Shown: positions 1 to 10,312, numbered from the stretch's first letter. The stretch is 41,453 nt of DNA from Opitutaceae bacterium (GCA_040381375.1 JBEIHL010000001.1:1-41453), one strand, 5' to 3'. Translations and numbers: made by a program. The notes: generated by a model not told the origin, from the sequence alone.

Positions 1-2463
1 CCTCAGCAGGAGGCGACGTTCGCGGCCCGTGAGCGTTGCGGGACTCGGCGGTTCACTCATCGCGAGCCATCTGCTCCATGTCGCGAGGCGCTCTGCATCA
101 TTGACGTGAAGAAGACGGCCGCACGCGGCGCTGACTTTGACCTCGTCCGGCCCGGAGTCGGCCGGAGACAGGCCGGCGGCGCGACGCAGATCGGACCAGC
201 AGCGACGTCCGTCGTACACGTCGTCCAACTCCAGTCCGGAAAGCTCAAGGAACTGTTGGAGGGATACGTCTCCACGCTCGGACGCTAGCTGGCGGAGTTC
301 CTGAATCTTTGCGCTCCACAACCGCGGGATCGCGTTCCGGATGCTATCGAGAACCCGCTCCTTCGCGACGCGATCGAGTTCCATGTGGCAGCCCGCGGGA
401 AGAAAGGGGAAGCCGCGATCGATCTCCCGTTCCAGTGAGGAACGGCTGCCTCCGAGCAGGGCTTGAAAGCGTCGATCGAAACGGAACTCACGCCGATGTT
501 GGCCTACGAAGTCGAGCACGGTGCAGACGGACTTCCCCTTGCTCTTGCGTAGCCCGCGCCCGAGTTGCTGCAGGAACAGGGTCGGACTGTCGGTCGGCCG
601 GAGCATCAGCAGCGAATCGACGGAGGGTACATCGACGCCCTCGTTGAAGAGGTCGACGGAGAACACCACGTTGGTGCGGCCATCGCGGAGATCCCTCAAG
701 ACGCGCTGCCTTTCCGTCTCCTCCGTGTCGCTCCAGACGGCTTCGGCGCGTACGCCATTTTCGCAGAACACGCGCGCCATGTAGCGCGCGTGAGTCACGC
801 TCACGCAAAACCCCAGCGTCCGTGCAGACTTAAGGTCCCCGACGTGCTCGTGGAATTCATGCAGCACGCGCCTTGCCCAGGCGTCGTTCGCCGTCATCAG
901 GTTGGTCAATCCGTCGACGTCGTAGCCCGAGCCCCGGCGCCAGGGTATCTCGCGGAGATCGAGATCGTCAGCGATTCCGAAGTAGGAGAATGGCGTCAGT
1001 CGATGCTGATCGATGGCGTCCCAGAGTCGAAGCTCGGCGGCCAGTCGACCGTCGAACCACCTGAGGATCGATTCACCGTCGGCGCGTTCGGGCGTGGCAG
1101 TAAGCCCCAGGAGCTCTCGCGGCTGGATGTGATCGAGAAGCTTGGCGTAGGTGGAAGCGGCGGCGTGATGGAATTCATCCACGATCACGACATCGAAGTG
1201 AGACGGATCGAGCGACTCTGGACCATTCGCGGCGAGCGACTGAATCGAGGCGAAGACGTGCTCGAATTCAGAGGGGCGTTGACCTCCGACCCACATCTCG
1301 CCGAAGCCTGCATCCCGCAGGGCGTGCGCGAAGGTGGCGCGGCTCTGCTCAAGAATTTCGGCGCGGTGCGCGACGAAGAGAAGGCGGGCACGGGGAAGGA
1401 ACGATCGGAGTCGAGCGTAGAAAACCGCCGCCATCACGGTCTTGCCCGTGCCGGTCGCGGAGACCAGGAGATTGCGGTGATGGCCCTGAGCGCGAGCGAC
1501 CTCGATTTGCTCGAGCAAACGCTCCTGAAAGGGTTCGAGTCGAATCTCGATGGGGCTGAGCGTGAGCGCCGCCGTTGGCCGTTCGCTGTTGGTTGCTTCG
1601 ATGAACCGCTTAGCATCAAACGGCTCAAAGTCCGGCTGCTCCCAATAGCTCTCGAAGACCGCCGAAATCTTGTCGATGACGGAGCGGTTCCGTTTGCCGG
1701 AGATTCGGACGTTCCACTCCAGGCCGCTTACTTGGGCAGAGTGGGTGAGGTTCGATGAACCGACGTAGGCGGTCGAGTAACCGCTCTCCCGGTGAAAGAG
1801 CCACGCCTTCGCGTGGAGTCGTGTTCCCGTGGTATCGTAGGAGACTCGGATCTTTGCTCCGATCGACTCCAGGAGTTGTAGCGCCTGAAGCTCGGTTGAT
1901 CCCGTGTAGACGGTTGTCAGAACTCGTACGCTCCGTCCTGATTCGATGAACCGCCGCAGCTTTTCCCGCAGGGGCAGAATGCCGCTCCGACGAATGAACG
2001 CCATTACGAGGTCGACACGGTCGGCGGACTCGATCTCGGAGATGAGTTGCTGTCCAACGCGAGGCTCGCCGGGGGAATTGGTGAGCAGTGTCGTATCCAG
2101 GAGCGGGATGAGCGGCGGCTCGATCGCGATGGCGCCTCCATCCGGAGCGCGCCTCGGAATCGATTGGAGGAGTTCGGCTCTCTCCGTGGGGCTTTGCTCA
2201 AGGAGGGTAGGCAGGTTCGCTGCGGCGCTGGCACGCTCGACGAGATGGCGTGCAATCCTCACTCCCGCCGCGGTCCGCTCCTTTTCCGGGAGCGACTCGA
2301 TGGCTTGCTCGACGATCGAAGCGATGTGCAGTGCGAGGCGATCGGCTGCCTCAGCGTTGCGCAGTGGGCGCAACTCGGGCGGCAGCCCCTGCCTCGCTGC
2401 GAGGTTCTCTGCCAAGCCGGCTGTAATCAGCCATTCGTAGATTCCTGGGGGTAGGTCATCCAT
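1..2463 (-). CDS. PLD-family nuclease fused to SF2 (ResIII-like DExH) helicase, DUF3427-type protein; 3' end runs off the left edge of the window
   Basis: Not in the ORF track because it has no stop inside the window. Manual translation from ATG 2463 gives MDDLPPGIYEWLITAGL..., PLD motif RLHAKAWLF...GSSNLT, Walker A SATGTGKT, motif II DEFHH, motif III GLTATPER, VDLFNEGVDVP and motif VI QQLGRGLR. The DUF3427 label is inferred from this architecture. Confidence 0.88.
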   Translation of the reverse strand, partial: MDDLPPGIYEWLITAGLAENLAARQGLPPELRPLRNAEAADRLALHIASIVEQAIESLPEKERTAAGVRIARHLVERASAAANLPTLLEQSPTERAELLQSIPRRAPDGGAIAIEPPLIPLLDTTLLTNSPGEPRVGQQLISEIESADRVDLVMAFIRRSGILPLREKLRRFIESGRSVRVLTTVYTGSTELQALQLLESIGAKIRVSYDTTGTRLHAKAWLFHRESGYSTAYVGSSNLTHSAQVSGLEWNVRISGKRNRSVIDKISAVFESYWEQPDFEPFDAKRFIEATNSERPTAALTLSPIEIRLEPFQERLLEQIEVARAQGHHRNLLVSATGTGKTVMAAVFYARLRSFLPRARLLFVAHRAEILEQSRATFAHALRDAGFGEMWVGGQRPSEFEHVFASIQSLAANGPESLDPSHFDVVIVDEFHHAAASTYAKLLDHIQPRELLGLTATPERADGESILRWFDGRLAAELRLWDAIDQHRLTPFSYFGIADDLDLREIPWRRGSGYDVDGLTNLMTANDAWARRVLHEFHEHVGDLKSARTLGFCVSVTHARYMARVFCENGVRAEAVWSDTEETERQRVLRDLRDGRTNVVFSVDLFNEGVDVPSVDSLLMLRPTDSPTLFLQQLGRGLRKSKGKSVCTVLDFVGQHRREFRFDRRFQALLGGSRSSLEREIDRGFPFLPAGCHMELDRVAKERVLDSIRNAIPRLWSAKIQELRQLASERGDVSLQQFLELSGLELDDVYDGRRCWSDLRRAAGLSPADSGPDEVKVSAACGRLLHVNDAERLATWSRWLAMSEPPSPATLTGRERRLLLR

Positions 2464-2765
2464 GCGGACTTTGTTCAGGGATTTTGGTCGGCGGCGACTC
2501 GTGCGTAGGAGGCTCGCCGATCGACGCCGTAAGTCGTGATCGTAACGCGGTGGTTCATCGCTCTGGGCGTCAGGTGCGCTGACGTCGTGTAGCATTCAGA
2601 CCGCGGGCTTGCTTAGGGCATTTCTGGCGGACGGGCCTGCTATCCATCGCATGAGCACCGTGATCCCCCGCGCAGCTGTAGGCGAGGCTTCGCTACGAAA
2701 TCATAGCCACCCGCGAAGTTGATAGGCCTGGACTCTGCGAGAGGCCGGTAGCTGAACGAGGCGGA

Positions 2766-2868
2766 GACGGTCAGGATTTGCACTTTGCAGTCTTTCGGAG
2801 ACTACTGCGAGTAAACGACTTAAGTAGTATTACAAGATCGCGATAACAAAGGACAAAGCCTGACCCTC
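2766..2868. repeat. Inverted pair of the dispersed GAGGGTCAGGCTTTG motif (MITE/REPIN-like, ~103 bp)
   Basis: Degenerate + copy GACGGTCAGGATTTGCACTTTGC at 2766 faces the - copy ACAAAGGACAAAGCCTGACCCTC at 2846-2868. Confidence 0.6.
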
Positions 2869-3020
2869 AGGTTGGGTTCCCCACGATTCGGGTGCCTTCA
2901 TGGCCAATGAGTTTGACGTGGCCCGGTTCGACCGGGCTCGTGGCGCAAGAGTCCGTCGACAGTAATCACGTCAGCAATTGCTTTCCGAATTTCTGCTCAT
3001 TGGCGGCACAGGAGGTTTCT

Positions 3021-4259
3021 TCAAGGGATCGAAGGTAGCTCGAGCTCTGGCTGCTCGTTCTGCGGATCAACAATCGCGTGCCAGTCGGCTTTCAGTTTCG
3101 TTTTGTCCTCGTCGAGGCCGAAGAAGTAGCGCCACAACCGAGTCGCCAAAGCTTCCGACTGCCGGGTTATGGGGCCCATCTTTTCGTGTGCCGCATTCCA
3201 GAAAACTCCTCTCCACGGCATCGCGGCCAGATCAGCATATTTTTCTACGGCAGCGCTAATTTTTTCGCTCGGGTAATCTTGAGGGACCGTCGCGACGGCG
3301 GAGACGAACGAAGTGATGCCGATGGGGCGCACGAGCACGTGCCCGCCTGCGCCAGTGCGATAACCAGTGAGGTCCGCCTCCGGCACCAGCAATGCTGACC
3401 AAGGCAATACGAGTTTGATGAGGTGGGCCCATCGCGCATTGATTTCGGTGAACGCCGTTTCGAGGTTTTCGAATGCAGGCATCTGCTGCGGAATTTCGAA
3501 TTCGGCGCGGAACCGTTCCGGCAATAGCAACTCGTTACACTTTCTGAAAGTGCCTATGCCCATGAGATATGCCGAATCGCCAGCGAGCATCGCGTTGCCC
3601 TCTGCGAGTTCTTGTTTGCCGCCCATTTTACTCGTGAGAATTTTGATACGTTGACTGAACAAAGGGTGCGTCCGAATGAGGCGGCGGGTGATGATTGCCA
3701 CGCCATTGTCCTCATCCATCACGTCGTTGGTGCTCGAAGAGGTTTTCTTGGCATAGCGATTCACCGTAGAAAATAGGCGACGCGCGCGGGACATCCCCGA
3801 ATCATCCTTCGGATGGCAGATGACGATCATAGAAACCTGATCGTTTGCGTAACGGACGGGATCGCGTTCCACCTCGAGTTTCATCGCGGCAAGACGGTGC
3901 TGACCATCGAGCGCGTAATACTGTTCGGAGCCGTCGAAACGGAGCACTCCGATTTTACCCTCCATTTCCGACAAAAGTACCGAATCAGAAAGACTAATCG
4001 GTAGGAATTTTGGTTTTCCGTCATACGCCGCGACGATCAATGACCCAAAGAATCGCTGTGGGTTGGCCTGCAGATACTGAGCGATATCTTTCGATCTGTC
4101 GCTGAGACGACGTTGCACCATTTTATCGAGGTCTTTGCTTGGACAGACCTGTTCGGCAAACTTTACGTAAGTTACCGCGTCCGCAAATTTCATGACGGTG
4201 ACGTAATAGGTCCAATCGCCGATAGTCCCCTCGACGCAAGGGAAGTGAGTAGTTTTCAT
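3021..4259 (-). CDS. DGQHR-domain protein (DndB-like, ParB/Srx superfamily)
   Basis: 412 aa with MVQRRLS, FFGSLIV, LDGQHRLAA and RRLFSTVNRYAK motifs typical of DndB/DGQHR proteins. Confidence 0.88.
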   Translation of the reverse strand: MKTTHFPCVEGTIGDWTYYVTVMKFADAVTYVKFAEQVCPSKDLDKMVQRRLSDRSKDIAQYLQANPQRFFGSLIVAAYDGKPKFLPISLSDSVLLSEMEGKIGVLRFDGSEQYYALDGQHRLAAMKLEVERDPVRYANDQVSMIVICHPKDDSGMSRARRLFSTVNRYAKKTSSSTNDVMDEDNGVAIITRRLIRTHPLFSQRIKILTSKMGGKQELAEGNAMLAGDSAYLMGIGTFRKCNELLLPERFRAEFEIPQQMPAFENLETAFTEINARWAHLIKLVLPWSALLVPEADLTGYRTGAGGHVLVRPIGITSFVSAVATVPQDYPSEKISAAVEKYADLAAMPWRGVFWNAAHEKMGPITRQSEALATRLWRYFFGLDEDKTKLKADWHAIVDPQNEQPELELPSIP

Positions 4260-4756
4260 TTGGTTTTAAGGCGGCCGATAATATCGATCTGTGTGTTCGC
4301 GTGGGGCGTTAGATTGTCTTTTAGCAGCGCTTCGGCATCGGCTAGCTTCGCTTCAGGAAGCAGCGTATAGTGGAAGTAGATAAAGCCTTCGAAGTTGTTG
4401 AGAAATGTCATGACCAGCTTACGCGGACTCGCGACTTTGCCTACTTTCTCGTTCAAGTAATCGCCGTATCGAGTACGCAGGTTTTTTGCCTTTCCGACAT
4501 AGAAAATGTAAGAATGGTCACGGATTCCGCCGCAGTAGGGGCCGACAACGAACATGTATATCCCTGGTTCGGCTGGAATCACAGGTGCCGGATCGGTAAA
4601 CACCACGGATTGCCATTGCCGACCGTTGTAGTAAGCGCCCAATTCCGCCGTCTTCCACAGTTCGGGATACAAGCGGAATGAGTACATTCCCGCCTTCTCG
4701 GCTTCGAATTGCGCGAGCAATTTGCCTCCAGCTTCAGCAGCACCGAATCCAGCCAT
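4256..4756 (-). CDS. Small GIY-YIG nuclease family protein
   Basis: PGIYMF...IFYVGKAKNLRTRY...AEALL...PHAN supplies the GIY, YVG, R, E and N motif residues. ATG 4756 is preferred over the track start at 4801. The stop overlaps the DGQHR start (ATGA). Confidence 0.8.
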   Translation of the reverse strand: MAGFGAAEAGGKLLAQFEAEKAGMYSFRLYPELWKTAELGAYYNGRQWQSVVFTDPAPVIPAEPGIYMFVVGPYCGGIRDHSYIFYVGKAKNLRTRYGDYLNEKVGKVASPRKLVMTFLNNFEGFIYFHYTLLPEAKLADAEALLKDNLTPHANTQIDIIGRLKTK

Positions 4757-5102
4757 AGATGTGAGGTGATAAAAAGCGCAACAAGCCGAAAAATACAGCA
4801 TTGAACAACGACATCAACGGCAGAGGGTAGGTTTTCCAATGCGGGGGCGAAAGCACCATCCGTTTCGCTTGGAAATTAGCCACGGATTTGCTGCCTGAGG
4901 GGTGTCGAGCGAGTAGGTCGTTCACTGCACAAGGATATGAGGCGCGAAGCTGGCCAGCGTTGGCGATGGAGGAAAGCACTTTGCAGGCCGGAAAGCGCGC
5001 TTGCATCGGATCTTTAACGGGGGTCGGTCCGAAAGAAAGCCACGAATTACCGGATCGCCAAAAATAGCGCTTTCTGAATTGGCGAGACGTTTTACGCGAT
5101 GG

Positions 5103-5642
5103 TCAACCTTGCGGGGAGCTTTTATGCGACTCACTCGGTGGTGTCGCTCGACTCAGAAGTTTCTGCTCCTGTTCCCAGAGACCTTGCCGGGGCCCGAAGT
5201 CGATCCGCCACTTGACCTTCGCCCGGCGGAGAAACAATCGGTCCGCCTCCTTTTTGTGGTTCGCCAACACCGCGGGACCGACCTGATTTACCTCTAAGAA
5301 GTGGCGATCCGCCGCTTCCAAGTCCAGGCTACCCTGGCGCCAGAGCACCGTGGACATGCCATAATGATTCATGTGGTGGCACATGCCACACACCGCTTGG
5401 AAACCTTTCAGCAGTTGGGTCGCCGCTGCGTCGTCGCATCCCCACACCTCATGACAACTCAGCTTCCCGCCGCCGCCGCACACCTCGCACCTCTCATGCG
5501 CCTTTGCATAAGCTTCTTTGCGAATTTTGTCCCAGACTCTCTTGCGCACTTGGGTGCGTAGGTTGCGTCCCTAGCTGTCGTGCGGCACGAGTCCCATCTC
5601 CAGTTTTAGGCGGTTCGTCGCGGCGCGAGTGGGGACATACAT
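5103..5642 (-). pseudogene. HNH endonuclease interrupted by an in-frame TAG at 5571-5573
   Basis: One continuous frame reads ...LKLEMGLVPHDS*GRNLRTQVRKRVWDKIR...CEVCG...CHEVW...AVCGMCHHMNH. The two CxxC pairs plus HE...H fit a zinc-binding HNH domain. The start position is uncertain. Confidence 0.65.
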
Positions 5643-5899
5643 CGTTCCGAAACGCATCGTCACTGCAAGATGGAAGCTAGGAAAGACATAAGGGTAACAC
5701 GGCTCGTCCGTCTGCTTGCTCACGACAACGAACCGACCATCCACCTCACGGTGAGGCCTGAGCCGCCAGCCGGAATTACTCTTTCTCAAAGCTCGACAGG
5801 ATTCTAGAAAGAGATGACTTACTTGATGGATGATGATCGCCAGCCTTCACCCCGCATCTCCCCGACCTCCTGTCGCGGAAAGTCAGCGAGGAACCCTTC

Positions 5900-6877
5900 A
5901 TGCCTGAGACCGCCGCCCCAGTTCCCATAAAGCGATCGCGGCCGAAGCGTATCGAAGCGGTCGAGAAGTTCATGTTTTCCGGCCATCAATCGTTTGCCCT
6001 CCGAATCGCCTGGTTGCCGAAGAGCGTGGCCCTCCTGAGCCGCGGCGTGGATCCGTTTGAGGACCCGAAACAGGGCACGCAGGTGCTTGGCTTGGGCAAA
6101 AACATGGTCGAGTCGCTCGCGTGTTGGGTGGAGTTTTTCGGGGTCATAGGCTCGGACGAAAAAGGCCGCGAGCCTACCGAGTTCGGTCGCCTCGTGCTAG
6201 GTCCCGAAGGATTCGACCCCTATCTCGAGAACGAAGGCACTCTCTGGCTCTTACACTGGCAGGGCACGGCCGCTGCTACGCGCCGTTTGTTCGCATGGCA
6301 CTGGCTTTTCAATCTGCACCTCGAGTCGAGTTTCACTTATGCGTCGGCGCTGCAGGAATTCCAGGCGCAGAGTGCGCTCCTCGCGCGTGACATGTCCGAT
6401 GTGACCTTGCGCCAGCATCTGGATGTTTTCCTCGCAACCTACGTGGCTTCGGAACCGCGGCAAGGCACCGTGGCGGAGGACCTGCTCGACAGTCCGCTCT
6501 CGGCTCTGGGTCTCATCAAAGAAAGCGACCAGTCGGATCAGGGCCGCAGCAAGGAGTGCGTCTACCTCGTGGATTCGCGCGAGAAGCCGACCCTTTCGGA
6601 CGCGGTTTTTCGCTTCGCGGTCCACGATTGGTGGAATCGCTCTCACGCTAATGACGAAACCGTTGCCTACCGCGAAATTTGTGTAGCGGAGAACAGCCCG
6701 GGGCGGGTATTTCGCTTACCGGAACGCGATATGCACGAGCGGCTGCAGCGGTTGGTGAGCACCTGGCCGAAGGAGTTCGGCCAGACCGAAAGCAACAATC
6801 AACGTTTGATCCGTCGCTTACGGGCTCAAGCCAACGTGAACGCGACGCTCCGCTCCGTATACGGGCATTCCCCCTAA
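5900..6877 (+). CDS. sspB: DUF4007 family protein, SspB-like
   Basis: FSGHQSFALRIAWLPK, LGLGKNMVESL and FDPYLE...TLWLLHW are DUF4007 hallmarks. It is the first gene of an operon with an ATPase and a PAPS-reductase-like gene. Confidence 0.85.
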   Translation: MPETAAPVPIKRSRPKRIEAVEKFMFSGHQSFALRIAWLPKSVALLSRGVDPFEDPKQGTQVLGLGKNMVESLACWVEFFGVIGSDEKGREPTEFGRLVLGPEGFDPYLENEGTLWLLHWQGTAAATRRLFAWHWLFNLHLESSFTYASALQEFQAQSALLARDMSDVTLRQHLDVFLATYVASEPRQGTVAEDLLDSPLSALGLIKESDQSDQGRSKECVYLVDSREKPTLSDAVFRFAVHDWWNRSHANDETVAYREICVAENSPGRVFRLPERDMHERLQRLVSTWPKEFGQTESNNQRLIRRLRAQANVNATLRSVYGHSP

Positions 6878-6878
6878 C

Positions 6879-9800
6879 ATGGCTCGTTCTTCTCACGCTC
6901 CGGCCAAAGCCAGTGCTCCGCGGAAGATAGCTGGAATCCTAAATCTGCGGCCAAGCTTCCTCCGCTCAGTCAACGTGGCCCTCGACTACGCCGATCCGAA
7001 GTCGAGCCAGCAGTATGTGGTCACCAACTTCATCCGGGAAGTTCTTACCCGGGTGTCGTCGGGCTTGAATCCCCGCTCGACTGAGCGCGCCTGGCGCATT
7101 ACCGGCGACTACGGATCGGGCAAGTCCGCCTTCGCACTCGCATTTGCCCGGGTTGCTGCTGGCGAAAGAGCCGCGCTTCCGGAATCGCTGCGGAAGTTCG
7201 TGCCCAACGGTCTGAAGCTGCTGCCCGTCATGGTGTCGGGCGGACCCGAATCGATCGAGCACAGCATTCGGAAAGGCCTGGCCGACCTCGGGCGCCGCGA
7301 GTGGCGCAATGGAAAAGGGCCACGCGATAGCGGCACAGGCCCTGACGCACTGCTCAACCTGATCGATGCTTACATCGATGCGCTGCAGAAGGAGAAGAAA
7401 GCGCAGGGTGTGGTCCTCATTCTGGACGAACTCGGCCAGAATTTACATCACGCCGCGCTGCACCCTTCTGCCGGAGACATTTCGCTTCTCCAGCGACTGG
7501 GCGAGAAAGCCGACCGCAGCCAAAAAAGCCCGCTACTCGTCCTCGCGATGCTGCATCAGGGGCTTGGCACCTACAGCGCCGACCTCGACGCCTCGGCCCG
7601 GCGCGAGTGGGAAAAGGTGGCCGGTCGCTTCAAAGAAATCGTTTTCGCTCAGCCGATCGAACAGGTCGTCTCCCTGGTCGGTGGAATGCTGGGGGTTCAG
7701 TTCGCCGACCTCTCGAAGGAGGTACAGACCGAGATGCGCGCTTCAATGATCGATGCCGCTCGCGCCGGCCTATATGGCTCCGCTCCAGCCGAGGCATCCC
7801 TCGCGTGTGAAGCCTTCAAGTTTTATCCGCTCCATCCCACGGTATTCCCAATTCTCGTGCGCCTCCTGCGGCGCTTCGGCCAGAACGAGCGCTCGCTCGT
7901 CGGTTTCCTCAGTTCGCACGAACCCTTCGGTTTCCGGGAATTCGCCGAACTCAACTCCGTAGGGGACGGTTACTACCGGGTTGCAAACCTCTACGATCAT
8001 TTCAAGGCCAACTTGGCGCCGTCACTCCTGAACGGCCACGGGGCGCACTGGTCCGTGATCGATGCGGCGGTATCAGATGCGCAAGCGTTGGGTGAGCCGG
8101 CGCTGTCTATTGTGAAGACGGTCGGACTGATCAACCTGATCAACGATCCCGCCATCGGAGCCACCGAGGCGATCGTGCAGTCCGCCGTGGGGCACAAGGA
8201 CGTATCGGCCGCGATCAAGCAGCTCCGCGATTCCGCTGCCGTGATTCACGAACGCGGCAACCAGAAGGGTCTGTCGCTCTGGCCTCACACCAGCGTGAAT
8301 CTGGACAACGCGATGGATAAGGCAGAGGAAGTCCTCGCGAACGAACCCGTGGGGGCAAAAGCGGTCGCCGCGCAATTCACTCCGCGGGCCGTGGTCGCGC
8401 GCCGGCACTACATCGAATCGGGCAACCTGCGCCATTTCGTGGTAGCCTATATCGACTTCGCCGCCTTCCGGGATCGGCTGGCGACCAAACTCGAGCCGGA
8501 TCCCGTTGCCGATGGCCAGATCTTCGTGGTGCTGACCAACGATGAATCGGAGGTCGCCCAAGCAAAGGCGGCAGTATGCGAACAGAAAGCGAAGCTCGGC
8601 CAGATGACGATTGTCGGTATTTCGTCTCCCGTCCTCGGCGTGGCCGAAACGATCCGCGAGCATCGCCGCTGGAACTGGATCAAACATCACGTCCGGGAGC
8701 TTGCCGGCGACGCGTATGCCCGCGGCCACGTCAATCGGGAGATCAAGCGTTGCCAGATCTCGGTTGAGAAGGAGCTTTATCACCTTGTGCAGCTCCGGAA
8801 CGCGCCGGAACGGCAAGCGAGCGTCACTTGGTTCGATTGCACCGGCTTGGTCAACAACACGGCGAACGGCATTCTGCCGCACCTTAGCTTCCGCTGTAGC
8901 GCGGTTTTCCCGAAAAACCCCCTGGTCAACAACGAGCTCATCAACCGCCGGGTCACGAGTGCCGCTGCCTCTCGGGCCCGTTGCGACCTTATCGAGGCAT
9001 TGGCCACTACGGTGGATCGAGAATTCCTCGGGTTCGACACCTCGAAGCATCCGCCAGAACTCGCAATCTACCGCTCGGTGCTTCTTGCCGGCCGCATCCA
9101 CGTGAAGGGCAAGACTGGCTGGCGAATTCGAAGGGTAGATGAAATCGAGGACGACGACCCGCTGCAAATCGCTCCAGCCCTTCGCTGCATCCACGATACG
9201 CTGGTGGCCGCGGATCTACAGCGCTGCAAGGTGCCGGATCTTTTCACTAAGTTGCGGGCCGCCCCAATGGGCGTTCGTGACGGTCTCATGACTCTCTTGG
9301 TGGCCATCTATCTCGCGGGCCATTGGGAGCAGACCGCGATCTACGAGGATGGCACGTTCGTTGAAAAACCGGGCGCCGCCGTATTCCAGCGTCTGGCCAA
9401 GGAGCCGGAGGCGTTTGATCTCCAGCATTGTTCTGTAGAAGGCGTCCGTTTGGAGCTTTTCAACAGTGTCGCGTCGATCCTGAACCTCCCGCCGGTGGAT
9501 CGCCCTGACGTCCTCGCAATCGTCCGACCGTTGATGGTCTTCGGCGCGAGGCTCTCGGAATACAGTCATAACACCGATCGTCACTTGGCGCCCGGCACCC
9601 GCAAATTGCGCGCCGGCCTGACCGAATCTCGCGAACCGGCGACGCTTCTTTTCAATGATTTACCTCTCGCGCTCGGCTTTGCAGCGTTTGAGGGAAAGCT
9701 TGGGACCAAAGCCGATAGCGCCGAATTCGCCCAGGCGCTGAACGCCGCTATCCTCGAACTGCGGGAGTCGCTACCCCGCTTGCTCCAGCGTATCTCCGCC

Positions 9801-10310
9801 GCCATTCTCGCCGGCTTCCGTTTCAATGGCACGGTTGCGGAATTCCGCACTCAATTCCGGCAGCGGATTGCGGCCGTGCAAGCCACACTGACGACACCGG
9901 AGTTAAAGGTCTTCGCCGGCCGCGTCGGCGATGCGAATCTCGCGGAGAAGGAGTGGACCGAATCGGTCGCCAGCTACGTGATGCACAAACCGGTGGAGCG
10001 CTGGCGCGACCTCGACGAGGACGAGTTCAACACCCGGGTTTCCACCCTGGCGGCGCGTTTCGCTCGCACGGAGGCTGTCGGCTTCAACGGCAGCGCTATC
10101 GATCCCGAGAAGCTCGGTCGCGTGGTGCGCTTCACCCTTACTCGTCCTGACGGTCGCGAAGTGAACCAGGTAGTCCACTGGACCGCTCGGGACCAAGTCG
10201 TCCTTGACCGCACGAAAGCCGAAATTAAACGGCTCCTCCGCGACTCCGGGTCGGCCGGTTTGGCTGCCGCGGCCGAGCTCGTTTGGGAAACCCTCGAAGA
10301 GCAGAAGTAA
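6879..10310 (+). CDS. sspC: Large P-loop ATPase, SspC-like
   Basis: 1143 aa with Walker A GDYGSGKS, Walker B LILDELG, EWEKVAGRF, YPLHP and QNERSL. It lies between the DUF4007 and PAPS-reductase genes. Confidence 0.82.
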   Translation: MARSSHAPAKASAPRKIAGILNLRPSFLRSVNVALDYADPKSSQQYVVTNFIREVLTRVSSGLNPRSTERAWRITGDYGSGKSAFALAFARVAAGERAALPESLRKFVPNGLKLLPVMVSGGPESIEHSIRKGLADLGRREWRNGKGPRDSGTGPDALLNLIDAYIDALQKEKKAQGVVLILDELGQNLHHAALHPSAGDISLLQRLGEKADRSQKSPLLVLAMLHQGLGTYSADLDASARREWEKVAGRFKEIVFAQPIEQVVSLVGGMLGVQFADLSKEVQTEMRASMIDAARAGLYGSAPAEASLACEAFKFYPLHPTVFPILVRLLRRFGQNERSLVGFLSSHEPFGFREFAELNSVGDGYYRVANLYDHFKANLAPSLLNGHGAHWSVIDAAVSDAQALGEPALSIVKTVGLINLINDPAIGATEAIVQSAVGHKDVSAAIKQLRDSAAVIHERGNQKGLSLWPHTSVNLDNAMDKAEEVLANEPVGAKAVAAQFTPRAVVARRHYIESGNLRHFVVAYIDFAAFRDRLATKLEPDPVADGQIFVVLTNDESEVAQAKAAVCEQKAKLGQMTIVGISSPVLGVAETIREHRRWNWIKHHVRELAGDAYARGHVNREIKRCQISVEKELYHLVQLRNAPERQASVTWFDCTGLVNNTANGILPHLSFRCSAVFPKNPLVNNELINRRVTSAAASRARCDLIEALATTVDREFLGFDTSKHPPELAIYRSVLLAGRIHVKGKTGWRIRRVDEIEDDDPLQIAPALRCIHDTLVAADLQRCKVPDLFTKLRAAPMGVRDGLMTLLVAIYLAGHWEQTAIYEDGTFVEKPGAAVFQRLAKEPEAFDLQHCSVEGVRLELFNSVASILNLPPVDRPDVLAIVRPLMVFGARLSEYSHNTDRHLAPGTRKLRAGLTESREPATLLFNDLPLALGFAAFEGKLGTKADSAEFAQALNAAILELRESLPRLLQRISAAILAGFRFNGTVAEFRTQFRQRIAAVQATLTTPELKVFAGRVGDANLAEKEWTESVASYVMHKPVERWRDLDEDEFNTRVSTLAARFARTEAVGFNGSAIDPEKLGRVVRFTLTRPDGREVNQVVHWTARDQVVLDRTKAEIKRLLRDSGSAGLAAAAELVWETLEEQK

Positions 10311-10312
10311 CC

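Noticed and set aside
565-2454. Plus-strand ORFs of 397, 164 and 135 aa
   Set aside because: They are antisense shadows of the minus-strand PLD-helicase gene, which carries the recognisable motifs.
4802-5102. Short ORFs between the GIY-YIG and HNH genes
   Set aside because: They have no recognisable motifs and overlap in conflicting frames; this is more likely promoter or decayed DNA.
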